Position numbers and translations under genes: made by a program. From Gaiellaceae bacterium (GTDB lineage: Bacteria; Actinomycetota; Thermoleophilia; Gaiellales; Gaiellaceae): a stretch of DNA of 56,004 nt. The stretch is taken from positions 1 through 56,004 of the forward strand of contig DATLYU010000016.1 in assembly GCA_035574435.1 (NCBI GenBank), read 5' to 3'. This document shows positions 36,850 through 45,191 of the stretch, piece by piece (position 1 is the stretch's first letter; the number at the start of each line of letters is the position of its first letter). The notes under the pieces are model-generated. The model was given only the letters and a program-made list of their open reading frames with translations, ran no database searches and had not been told where the DNA came from.

Positions 36850-37191
36850 TCAGGGCTCCCAGGCCTCGCCGCCCGTGTCCCACCCGACGAGGACGTGGCC
36901 GGCGAGCAGCTCCACGACGCGTGCGAGGAGGGCCGTGTCGGCCCCTCCCTCCACGCGCAGCTCCCCCACCAGGTCGCCCTGGAAGCGCACGGGCAGCGCG
37001 GTGAGCTCTCCGCCCGCGTGCTCGCCGGCCTCCGGACCCAGGCGCAGCGCCCCCTCCTCGAGGAAGGCGATCCCCGCCCAGGAGATGCCCGGCTCGGTCG
37101 CGAGGAGCCGCACGGCCCCCCGCAGGGCGTCGTCCGGCTCGCGGTCGCCTCCCAGGAGCTCGGCGAGGCTGGCGAGGAGCCGGTCGCTCAC
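36850..37191 (-). CDS. small GAF-like domain protein
   Basis: GTGA overlap with the thioesterase stop. …ALRGAVRLLATEPGISWAGIAFLEEGALRLGPEAG…LPVRFQGDLVGELRVEG…. Confidence 0.55.
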   Translation of the reverse strand: MSDRLLASLAELLGGDREPDDALRGAVRLLATEPGISWAGIAFLEEGALRLGPEAGEHAGGELTALPVRFQGDLVGELRVEGGADTALLARVVELLAGHVLVGWDTGGEAWEP

Positions 37192-37649
37192 TCCTCGAGG
37201 TCCGCGCCCTCGAAGGCGCGGAGAACGGCCCGCAGCGACTCCGGGACCGGCGTCGGGCGCCGGCTGCCGAGGTCGACCAGGACGAGCGTCTGCGTCGCCG
37301 TCACCATGAGCGTGTCGTCGGGCAGGCGGTAGGCGGCGCACTCGTACGTTACGCTCGAGCGCCCGATGCGTCGGACGCGCACGAACGACTCGATGAGGTC
37401 GTCGAAGCGGGCGGGAGCGTGGTACTCGACGTTCGAGGCGCGCATGACGAACTCCGCTCCGTCGAAGCGCATGCCGCCTCCCAGATGGCGGTGGTACTCG
37501 GTGCGCGCGTGGTCGAAGTAGGGCAGGTAGCGGCCGTAGTAGACGACACCCTGGGCGTCCGTGTCCGAGAACCACACGCGCGAGAGCGCCGAGTACTTGA
37601 ACGGCGGGCGCCGGTCGGTGACGCGGCCGAGCTCGAGGACGTCCGTCAC
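37188..37649 (-). CDS. acyl-CoA thioesterase (4HBT/YbgC hot-dog family)
   Basis: …VWFSDTDAQGVVYYGRYLPYFDHARTEYHRHLG…. Single hot-dog fold, 153 aa. Confidence 0.8.
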   Translation of the reverse strand: MTDVLELGRVTDRRPPFKYSALSRVWFSDTDAQGVVYYGRYLPYFDHARTEYHRHLGGGMRFDGAEFVMRASNVEYHAPARFDDLIESFVRVRRIGRSSVTYECAAYRLPDDTLMVTATQTLVLVDLGSRRPTPVPESLRAVLRAFEGADLEE

Positions 37650-37658
37650 GGGGCGATC

Positions 37659-38642
37659 CTAGAGCCGCCCGTGGCGGCGCAGGACGCCGAGGAGCGCGTC
37701 GGGGTCGAGGGCGGGGACGGTCACCCCGCGACGCCCGGTCATCGTCTCGGCGGCGAGGAGCGCGTTCACGATCGCCTCCTCCGTCGCCTCGATCGCGGCG
37801 TAGAAGAGCTCGTTCATCCGCTCGTTCGGGAGCATGCGCACGCTCTCGGCGACCCGCTGCGTGGAGAGCGCGAGCAGGAGGTCGCCGCTCGAGTCTTCGC
37901 CGGCGCCTCCCGTGCGCCCGATCCCGAGCGCGGCGCGCCGCGCGAGGCGCTCGCACTGGTGGGGGAGCAGCGGCGCGTCGGTGGCGACGAGCACGATGAT
38001 CGACCCCTGCGGCTCGCGCGGGGGCGGGAGGAGCTCCCGTCCCACCGGGACGCCGGAGACGGTCAGGCGGCTCGCCCGGCCGTGGTTCGCCTGGACGAGG
38101 ACGCCCACGAGGTGCTCGCCCGCCCGGCGGGAGGCGGTTCCGATGCCGCCCTTCCAGCCGTGGCAGATCATCCCCGTCCCGCCGCCCACGTTCCCCTCCG
38201 CGACCGGGCCTCCGGAGGCCGCGGCGAGCGCCTCGCGGGCGTGCTCGGGGCGGACGTGGAAGCCGTTCACGTCGTTCAGGACGCCGTCCCAGGTCTCCGC
38301 GACCACGGGCAGCGACCAGGGGCTCCCGTCCTCCTCTTGCGCGGCGGCGATCAGCCCCTCGTGCACGGCGCCCACGCTGTGCGTGCTCGTGAGCCCGATC
38401 GGGGTCGTCAGGAGCCCCGACTCGCGCACCCACTCGAGCCCCGTCATCTCTCCGTTCCCGTTCAGGCGGAAGGGCGCCGCGAAGGCCGGTAGCGGCGGCA
38501 CGACGACGGTCACGCCGGTGCGTACGTCCGCGCCTTCGACGAGCGTGCGGTGGCCGACGCGGACCCCGGCCACGTCCGTGATCGCGTCGAGCGGGCCCGG
38601 CTCGAGCTCGCCGAGGACGATGCCGAGCTCGCGCGCCCTCAT
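37659..38642 (-). CDS. P1/DmpA family aminopeptidase (peptidase S58)
   Basis: ITDVAGVRVGH…NGNGEMTG…GNVGGGTGMICHGWKGGIGTAS…VATDAPL. ATGA overlap with the upstream gene. Confidence 0.75.
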   Translation of the reverse strand: MRARELGIVLGELEPGPLDAITDVAGVRVGHRTLVEGADVRTGVTVVVPPLPAFAAPFRLNGNGEMTGLEWVRESGLLTTPIGLTSTHSVGAVHEGLIAAAQEEDGSPWSLPVVAETWDGVLNDVNGFHVRPEHAREALAAASGGPVAEGNVGGGTGMICHGWKGGIGTASRRAGEHLVGVLVQANHGRASRLTVSGVPVGRELLPPPREPQGSIIVLVATDAPLLPHQCERLARRAALGIGRTGGAGEDSSGDLLLALSTQRVAESVRMLPNERMNELFYAAIEATEEAIVNALLAAETMTGRRGVTVPALDPDALLGVLRRHGRL

Positions 38643-39985
38643 GCCCGGATGAGCGCGAGCACCTCCTCGCGCTTCTCCTCGAGCAGGGCCTCGGAGAGGG
38701 CCTCCAGGTTGAGTCGCAGGAGCGGCTCGGTGTTCGACGGGCGCACGTTGAAGTGCCAGTCGTCGAAGTCCACCGAGATCCCGTCCAGGTGCGAGATGCG
38801 CCCGCCCTGGGCCTCGTAGTGCTCCTTCAGCTCCTGCAGCTTCAGCGCCACGTCGGCCACGGGGGTGTTGATCTCGCCGCTCAGGAAGTAACGGCTGCGC
38901 AACGGCTCGAGCAGCTCCGAGAGCTTGCGGCCGCGCCGCGAGAGGAGGTCGAGCATGAGCAGGAAGGGCACGACGCCGGAGTCGGCCTGCGAGAAGTCGC
39001 GGAAGTAGTAGTGCGCCGAGACCTCGCCGGCGAAGACGGCGCCCTCCTTGCGCATGCGGTGCTTGATGAACGCATGCCCGACGCGGTTGACGAGCGGGAC
39101 GCCTCCCGCGCGCTCGATCGCCTCCGGCACGGCCCGGCTCGCGCGCACGTCGTAGATCACCTTGCCGCCCGGCTCCCGCTCCAGGATCGCCTCGGCGAGG
39201 AGGGCGGTCACGAAGTCGCCGGGCACGAACTCGCCGCGGTCGTCCACGAAGAAGCAGCGGTCGGCGTCCCCGTCGTAGGCGACGCCGAGGTCGGCGCCCT
39301 CCTCCCGCGTGCGGCGGACGATGAACTCGCGGTTCTCGGGCAGCAGCGGGTTCGGCTCGTGGTTGGGGAAGGACCCGTCCGGCTCGAAGTAGCAGCGCAC
39401 GACGTCGAGCCGCGGGAGGCGCTCCAGGACGGGCGGGAGCATGACCCCGGCCATGCCGTTGGCTGCGTCCACGACCACGCGCAGGGGCGCGATCCGGTCG
39501 GGCTCGACGAAGGAGAGCACCTTGGCCACGAACCCGGGCCAGACGTCCTCGGTGCGCACCTCGCCGCGCCTCGCGGGGGGCGGGAACTCGCCGCGCGCGA
39601 GCTCCCGGATCTCGGCCAGCCCCGAGTCGCCGCCGACGGGCAGCGCTCCTCGGCGGACGATCTTCATCCCCGTGTCGTCGCGCGGGTTGTGCGAGGCGGT
39701 GACGCAGATGCCGCCGTCGAGGCCGAGCTCGCCGACGGCGTAGTAGACCATCTCCGTCCCCACGAGCCCGAGGTCGAGCACCTCCGCGCCGCCGTCCGCG
39801 GCGCCCTCGATGGTTGCGGCGGCCATGGCCGGCGAGGACAATCGCATGTCGCGGCCGACCGCGAGCGTGCGCGGCTCGAAGTGCTCGACCACGGCTCGCC
39901 CGATCCGGTACGCGCCGTCCTCGTCGAGCTGCGTCGGGTAGCGGCCCCGCACGTCGTAGGCCTTGAAGACGGAGGGATCGAGCAC
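38639..39985 (-). CDS. phosphomannomutase/phosphoglucomutase
   Basis: FKAYDVRG, active-site TASHNP, metal loop AYDGDADR, and sugar loop GEVSAHYYF. GTG start at 39985. Confidence 0.92.
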   Translation of the reverse strand: MLDPSVFKAYDVRGRYPTQLDEDGAYRIGRAVVEHFEPRTLAVGRDMRLSSPAMAAATIEGAADGGAEVLDLGLVGTEMVYYAVGELGLDGGICVTASHNPRDDTGMKIVRRGALPVGGDSGLAEIRELARGEFPPPARRGEVRTEDVWPGFVAKVLSFVEPDRIAPLRVVVDAANGMAGVMLPPVLERLPRLDVVRCYFEPDGSFPNHEPNPLLPENREFIVRRTREEGADLGVAYDGDADRCFFVDDRGEFVPGDFVTALLAEAILEREPGGKVIYDVRASRAVPEAIERAGGVPLVNRVGHAFIKHRMRKEGAVFAGEVSAHYYFRDFSQADSGVVPFLLMLDLLSRRGRKLSELLEPLRSRYFLSGEINTPVADVALKLQELKEHYEAQGGRISHLDGISVDFDDWHFNVRPSNTEPLLRLNLEALSEALLEEKREEVLALIRA

Positions 39986-40045
39986 GGAGAAGGATGCTAG
40001 ATGCCCTCCCGCGGCGGGGATGGAGGTGGGGTGGAGCGTCGTTTC

Positions 40046-40051
40046 TAGACT
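40046..40051 (+). promoter_or_regulatory. -10-like TAGACT, 6 nt before the cyclase ATG
   Basis: TAGACT-gcacgc-ATG(40058). Confidence 0.4.
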
Positions 40052-40057
40052 GCACGC

Positions 40058-43021
40058 ATGGAGCGCAAGCTCGCCACCGTCCTCTTCGTCGACCTCGTGG
40101 ACTCGACCGCGCTCGTCGCGAGCGCCGACCCGGAGGTCGTGCGCCGCCGCGTGACCGAGTTCTTCGAGCACGTCTCGCGCTGCGTCGAGCTCCACGGCGG
40201 GATCGTGGAGAAGTTCGCCGGCGACGCCGTGCTGGCCGCGTTCGGAGTCCCGCAGACGCACGAGGACGACGCGCAGCGCGCGGCTCGGGCCGCGCTGGCC
40301 ATGCGGGAGGCGGTCGCCGAGCTCGGCCTCGAGGCCCGGATCGGGATCGAGGCGGGGGAGCTCGTGGTGGACAGCTCGGAGTCGACGTTCGCCACGGGCG
40401 AGGCGGTGAACCTGGCCGCGCGCCTGCAGCAGGCGGCACGGCCCGGGGAGATCCTCGTCGGGCCGACGGCGTATCGGCTCGCCGCGAGCTGCTTCGTGGC
40501 CGAGGAGGCGGGCCCGCTCGACGTGAAGGGCATCGGGTCGCCGCTGCGCGCGTGGCGGCTCCTCGAGGTGCTCGAGGGATCGGGTCGCCCGCGCGGCCCG
40601 CGCGCGCCCCTGGTCGGGCGCGAGGCGGAGCTCGAGCTGCTCGAGAACACGTTCGCGCGCACGGTGCGCGACCGCCGCGCGCACCTCTTCACCGTCTACG
40701 GCGAGCCCGGCGTGGGGAAGAGCCGCCTGGCGCGCGAGTTCCTGGACGGCGCCGAGCGCGCCAGCTCGCTCATCGGCCGCGCGCTGCCGTACGGGGAGGG
40801 CATCACCTACTGGCCGCTCGCGGAGATGATCAAGGCCGCGGCCGGCATCTCCGACGACGACCCGCTCGAGGAGGCCTTCGAGAAGCTCCGCGAGTGCTGC
40901 GCCGAGGAGGCGGTGGCGGACGTGCTCGCGCTCGCCTCCGGGCTGCTCGAGGCGCTCGAGGGCGAGCGCAGCCCGCAGGAGATCGCGTGGGCTGCGGGAG
41001 AGGTGTTCGAGCGCCTCGCGGACGTGCAGCCGCTCCTCCTGCTCTTCGAGGACATCCACTGGGCCGAGGAGCCCTTGCTCGACCTGATCGAGCACCTCGC
41101 CGACCGCGTGCGCGCCCCGCTCCTGATCGTCTGCCTCGCACGGCCGGAGCTCCTGGACACGCGGCCGGGGTGGGGAGGCGGACGCGTGCGCTCGACGTCC
41201 ATCGAGCTCGAGCCGCTCTCTGCGCGGGAGAGCCGGCTGCTCGTGGAGAAGCTCCTCGGCGAGCTCGCGGGGACGGCGCTCGAGGCCCCGCCGTCGCTTC
41301 CCGACGACGTGCTGGAGCGCGCGGAGGGGAACCCGCTCTTCGTCGAGGAGACCGTGCGCATGCTCCTCGAGTCCGGATCGGGAGACAGCCGCCCCGACCG
41401 GGTGCCGGACACGCTGCAGGCGCTCATCGCCGCCCGCATCGACCAGCTCCCGACGCAATCGAAGGCGCTCCTACAGCGCGCGTCGGTCGTCGGGCGCGTT
41501 TTCTGGCGCGGCTCGATCGCGCACCTCTCGCCCGACCTCGAGGACGTGGACACGCTGCTCGACGACCTGCTCGCGCGCGAGTTCGTCTTGCGCGAGGCGC
41601 GCTCCTCCATCTCCGGCGAGGCCGCGTTCCGCTTCAAGCACCTCCTCATCCGCGAGGTCGCGTACGCCGGTCTCGCGAAGCTCGCGCGCGCCCAGTTCCA
41701 CGCCCGCTTCGCGGAGTGGCTCGCGGAGCGGACGGGCGAGGAGCTCGTCGAGATCCGTGCCTACCACCTCGACCAGGCCGTCGAGCTGCTCGTGGAGCTG
41801 GAGGGCGCGGCGCCGGACGCGCTCGCGCAGGAGACGGCGGGCGCGCTCCTGAAGGCGGCCAAGCGCGCGATCGCGCGCGAGGCGTACGCGAACGCGCGCA
41901 AGCTCGCCCTGCGCGCGCTCGAGCTGCGGCCGACCCTGAGCGCCCGCTACGTCGCCGCCCGCGCCGCCTGGCGGCTGCAGGACTGGACGGCCGTCAAGGT
42001 GGAGATGGAGAAGGTCCGCGAGCAGGCGCACGAGCAGGAGGAGCACGTCCTCGAGGCGCTCGCCCTGACCGCGCTCGGCGAGGCCACGCTCAAGCGCGAG
42101 GCGCAGACGGAGCCCGCGCGCCGCCTCGTGGACGAGGCGCTCGAGCTCCTGTCGCGCAGCCACGAGCCCGCGGCGGAGTTCGACGCCCTGACGGTGCGCG
42201 CGACCGTGGGCGCCTGGCGGGGGAACATGGACGAGGCCGCGCGCTTCATGGAGCGGGCGTACGGGCGCGCGCTGGACGCCGGGCGCAAGGACCTGCAGAC
42301 GCTCGCCGCTCAGTCGCTGGCCCAGATCCACATCCTCCGGCTCGAGCTCGACGAGGCGGAGCTCCTCCTGACCCGGGCGCTCGAGCTCGCCGGCGAGAGC
42401 GGGAGCGTGCGGGCGCGCGTCGGCGCAACGCTCGCCTACGCCTGGTTCCTCGTGGTCAAGGGCGAGCTGGACGCGGCGGAGACTCTGCTCGAGGAGGTCC
42501 GCGCCTCCACGGCCGAGCTCGGCGTGGAGCCGGCGCACGCGGCTGCGCTCGCCCGTCTGGGGTGGGTCGCCCGCCGCCGCGGCGATCTCAAGCGCGCGGA
42601 GAAGCTCCTGCGCGAGGCGCACCGGATCGTCTCGGCGCGGGGCGACCGGGGGCCGCTCCCGGACCTGCAGGCCGCGCTCGCGGAGGTCCTGGCCGACGTC
42701 GGCAAGCTGGACGAGGCCGAGCGTCTCGCGCTCGAGGCGACCGAGGGCGCGAGCCACGACGACGTCTCGGCCCGCGTGGCCGCCTCGGCCGCGCTCGGCA
42801 CGGTGCGCGGCGCGCAGGGGCGCGACGAGGAGGCCGAGGAGCTGCTCGCGTTCGCGGTCTCGCTCGCCCGCGAGAGCGCGTTCGCGGCGAACGAGATCGA
42901 GCCGCTCGAGCGCCTCGCCGGCTTCCTGCGCGAGCGGGGGCGGGAGGGAGACGCGAGCCGTTACGAGGCGCGGCTCGCGGAGCTCTCCGCTCCGCCCTCG
43001 AGCACCGCCCGGATCGCCTGA
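40058..43021 (+). CDS. class III adenylate/guanylate cyclase fused to a STAND/AAA NTPase and TPR repeats (no recognisable C-terminal DNA-binding domain)
   Basis: Cyclase core (ATVLFVDLVDST, KFAGDAVLAAFG, IGIEAGELVV, GEAVNLAARLQ). P-loop GEPGVGKSRLA with LLLFEDIHWAEE. About 450 aa of TPR-like helices. Confidence 0.85.
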   Translation: MERKLATVLFVDLVDSTALVASADPEVVRRRVTEFFEHVSRCVELHGGIVEKFAGDAVLAAFGVPQTHEDDAQRAARAALAMREAVAELGLEARIGIEAGELVVDSSESTFATGEAVNLAARLQQAARPGEILVGPTAYRLAASCFVAEEAGPLDVKGIGSPLRAWRLLEVLEGSGRPRGPRAPLVGREAELELLENTFARTVRDRRAHLFTVYGEPGVGKSRLAREFLDGAERASSLIGRALPYGEGITYWPLAEMIKAAAGISDDDPLEEAFEKLRECCAEEAVADVLALASGLLEALEGERSPQEIAWAAGEVFERLADVQPLLLLFEDIHWAEEPLLDLIEHLADRVRAPLLIVCLARPELLDTRPGWGGGRVRSTSIELEPLSARESRLLVEKLLGELAGTALEAPPSLPDDVLERAEGNPLFVEETVRMLLESGSGDSRPDRVPDTLQALIAARIDQLPTQSKALLQRASVVGRVFWRGSIAHLSPDLEDVDTLLDDLLAREFVLREARSSISGEAAFRFKHLLIREVAYAGLAKLARAQFHARFAEWLAERTGEELVEIRAYHLDQAVELLVELEGAAPDALAQETAGALLKAAKRAIAREAYANARKLALRALELRPTLSARYVAARAAWRLQDWTAVKVEMEKVREQAHEQEEHVLEALALTALGEATLKREAQTEPARRLVDEALELLSRSHEPAAEFDALTVRATVGAWRGNMDEAARFMERAYGRALDAGRKDLQTLAAQSLAQIHILRLELDEAELLLTRALELAGESGSVRARVGATLAYAWFLVVKGELDAAETLLEEVRASTAELGVEPAHAAALARLGWVARRRGDLKRAEKLLREAHRIVSARGDRGPLPDLQAALAEVLADVGKLDEAERLALEATEGASHDDVSARVAASAALGTVRGAQGRDEEAEELLAFAVSLARESAFAANEIEPLERLAGFLRERGREGDASRYEARLAELSAPPSSTARIA

Positions 43022-43806
43022 CTGGACGCCTCGTCCGGCGACTCCGAGATGACGGTCGCCGGCCGCTCGAAACGGGCGAGCGCGTCGCGCAGCGGCTCCG
43101 CGCGCAGCGTGCCCTCGCCGTAGGGCAGGTGCCTCGTCTCGTTGCGGTTCGCGTACGCGATGTCGGAGAAGTGGACATGGAAGGGCGCTCCGGGCGGCAG
43201 GACCTCGTCCGCCCCCGCAAGCGCGTCCGCGAAGGGCTCCACTCCCACGTACGCGCCGTCGCTCGTCGCGTGCAGGTGCGCGAAGTCGAGCACCGGACGC
43301 ACCCACCCGACCCGGCGCGCGATCTCGAGCACGTCGTCGAGCGACCCCAGGTCGCGCACGCGCCCCATGACCTCGACCCCGAAGGGGACTGCGCGACCCT
43401 TCCCCTCCAGCCGCTCCCGGAGCGTGGCGAGCTGTTCCACGACGGCGGCGATCGCGTCCTCCCGCGAGCGCCCGAGCAGGAACCCGGGATGGAAGACGAC
43501 GAGCTCGGCGCCGCTCGCCGCGGCGATGCCGGCGCTGCGGTCGAGCGCGCCCACGGCGGAGGTGAACTTGCGGCCGCTCGGCTCCAGGTGCCCCATGAAG
43601 CCGAAGAGCGGAGCGTGCACGGAGAGCGCGAGCCCGTTCTCGCGCGCGAGCTCGCCGAGCCGCTCCGCGAACGGGTAGTCCATCCAGAAGCCGCTCTCGA
43701 AGTCGATCTCGCACGCGCGGTACCCGCGCGCCAGGAGCAGCTCGACGGCCTCCTCGGGCGACTCCCGGGAGGGCAGGCGAGCAGGCCCCACGCGGACGGT
43801 CGCCAC
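42961..43806 (-). CDS. xylose-isomerase-like TIM-barrel protein (sugar phosphate isomerase/epimerase or endonuclease IV-like)
   Basis: 281 aa. …YRACEIDFESGFW…LSVHAP…LVVFHPG…FGVEVMG…DFAHLHA…HVHFSD…. The 3' end overlaps the cyclase gene by 61 bp. Confidence 0.65.
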   Translation of the reverse strand: MATVRVGPARLPSRESPEEAVELLLARGYRACEIDFESGFWMDYPFAERLGELARENGLALSVHAPLFGFMGHLEPSGRKFTSAVGALDRSAGIAAASGAELVVFHPGFLLGRSREDAIAAVVEQLATLRERLEGKGRAVPFGVEVMGRVRDLGSLDDVLEIARRVGWVRPVLDFAHLHATSDGAYVGVEPFADALAGADEVLPPGAPFHVHFSDIAYANRNETRHLPYGEGTLRAEPLRDALARFERPATVISESPDEASSQAIRAVLEGGAESSASRAS

Positions 43807-43847
43807 GCGGCCATCGTAGAGCGACGCGATGTGATTGGCTCCCGGTC

Positions 43848-44276
43848 GTGAAGGCGACGATCCTGCTGGCCGACTACGCGGTGGTCGCCGACGGGAAGCT
43901 GACCATCGTCGGGGGCGGCTGGTCGCAGACGGGGCCGGAGCCCGTCCCGTTCGGGATCGCGCTCCTCATCCAGGTGCCGTGGGACCAGGCGAACACGCCG
44001 CACACGTTCCAGGTCGAGCTCGTGGACGCGGACGGCGCCCCCGTCTCCTTCGAGACGGACGAGGGCGAGGAGCAGCCGGTCGCCTTCGGCGGCGACTTCG
44101 AGGTCGGCCGCCCGCCGGGGATCAAGCCGGGCACGCCGCTCGACTTCCCGGTGGCCGTGAACTCGACGCCGCTGCCGCTCGAGCCCGGCCGCTACGAGTG
44201 GCGCCTCACGATCGACGGCGAGTCGCGGAGCGACTGGACGCTGCCCTTCACCGTCCGCAGCGAGGAAGCCGCCTAG
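43848..44276 (+). CDS. hypothetical protein (all-beta looking)
   Basis: 142 aa, balanced composition (MKATILLADYAVVADGKLTIVGGGWSQ…YEWRLTIDGESRSDWTLPFTV). Confidence 0.55.
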   Translation: MKATILLADYAVVADGKLTIVGGGWSQTGPEPVPFGIALLIQVPWDQANTPHTFQVELVDADGAPVSFETDEGEEQPVAFGGDFEVGRPPGIKPGTPLDFPVAVNSTPLPLEPGRYEWRLTIDGESRSDWTLPFTVRSEEAA

Positions 44277-44352
44277 CGGCGCACCGAGGGGCTACGACGG
44301 GCGCCCCGGCTGCGGCCGCGGTCCGTCCGATCGCCTGCGTACGCTCGGACGC

Positions 44353-44601
44353 GTGTCCCGCAGGCCTACCCGCATCGACCTGCTCGAGCTCGACATCGAC
44401 CTCCGCCTCGCCGACCTCTGGCGAGAGGCGGTGGACGTCGCCGACTGGAACCTCGAGGTCGTCGCCGCGTTCATCCGCGCGGCCTACGGCAAGGGCTACT
44501 GCGACGCCCTGACCGAGGAGTCGCCCGGCTCCCTGTGCGTCGACCACGGGTACCGCATGCCCGAGCGGCGGGCGCGCGAGCGCGAGCGCGACGCCGCGTA
44601 G
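44353..44601 (+). CDS. hypothetical protein
   Basis: TACGCT sits 7 nt before GTG 44353. 82 aa: an acidic N-terminal half and a basic tail. Confidence 0.45.
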   Translation: MSRRPTRIDLLELDIDLRLADLWREAVDVADWNLEVVAAFIRAAYGKGYCDALTEESPGSLCVDHGYRMPERRARERERDAA

Positions 44602-44759
44602 CCTGCACGCGGCGCGGCCGCGCGCTCCTTCCGAGCCGCCCGGGACACGCCCCGCTCGGCCGCCGCGCGGGGGGCGGGCTCGACCGGAAGCTGGAGCGGG
44701 CCGGCGTGCGGGCGTCACGCGCGGCGCCAGCCGGCGTGACCGCCTCTCGGTCAGGCATC

Positions 44760-44765
44760 TAGACT
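44760..44765 (+). promoter_or_regulatory. -10-like TAGACT, 6 nt before the ccmE GTG
   Basis: TAGACT-tcgggc-GTG(44772). Confidence 0.4.
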
Positions 44766-44771
44766 TCGGGC

Positions 44772-45182
44772 GTGGCGCGCAGCGGAAGCCCAGCCCGGCT
44801 CGTCATCGCCCTCTCGGTCGCCGCCGTGCTCGCGGTCTTCCTCCTGTACACGTCCATCGCGGGCGGGGGCAACCCCTCCCTCGCGCCCAGCGAGCTCGCC
44901 GGCCGCAGCGGGAAGGTCCAGCTCGCCGGCCTCGTGGTCGGGCCGGTGCGCGGGGACGCGCACGCGGGCGGGCTCCGCTTCGGGCTGCGCGACATCGAGG
45001 GCTCCTCGCGCGTGGTCGTGCCCGTGCGCTACACGGGCTCCGTGCCCGACCTGTTCAAGACCGGGCGCCACATCGTCCTCGACGGGCGGCTGCGCAACGG
45101 CGTCTTCGTCGCCGAGCCGGGCTCGATGATCACGAAGTGCCCGTCGAAGTACGCTCCCAAGCGGAGCGGCGACCCCGCCTGA
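44772..45182 (+). CDS. ccmE: cytochrome c maturation haem chaperone CcmE, CxxxY variant
   Basis: N-terminal TM anchor and an OB-fold region (…GKVQLAGLVV…FGLRD…VPDLFKTGRHIVLDGRL…). The haem-attachment site reads KCPSKY (Cys codon 45138-45140) where canonical CcmE has HxxxY. Confidence 0.8.
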   Translation: MARSGSPARLVIALSVAAVLAVFLLYTSIAGGGNPSLAPSELAGRSGKVQLAGLVVGPVRGDAHAGGLRFGLRDIEGSSRVVVPVRYTGSVPDLFKTGRHIVLDGRLRNGVFVAEPGSMITKCPSKYAPKRSGDPA

Positions 45183-45191
45183 CGGGGCGCC

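Noticed and set aside
33761-36883. Long antisense ORFs over the two-component system and the secreted-protein gene: 33761-34948 (-), 34354-35277 (-), 35873-36883 (-), 35895-36797 (-), 35965-36606 (-).
   Set aside because: They lie opposite clearly identified response-regulator and histidine-kinase genes. Their translations are low complexity.
40058-43021. Reading the cyclase-STAND protein together with the MFS-cNMP fusion (14402-16066) as a Pycsar/CBASS-like cyclic-nucleotide defence pair.
   Set aside because: The two genes are 24 kb apart and separated by housekeeping operons. No effector is adjacent to the cyclase. I kept them only as separate, lower-confidence observations.
39994-43851. 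1285-aa ORF on the + strand, and similar giants: 37659-40439 (-), 38639-41458 (-, upstream part), 41471-43714 (-), 44751-46697 (-), 45137-47581 (+), 52306-54267 (-).
   Set aside because: Their translations are dominated by Arg/Pro/Gly/Ala runs with no motifs. They overlap frames that encode clearly recognisable proteins. Only the segments I list as CDS are kept. This is typical shadow-ORF behaviour in very GC-rich DNA, where stop codons are rare.
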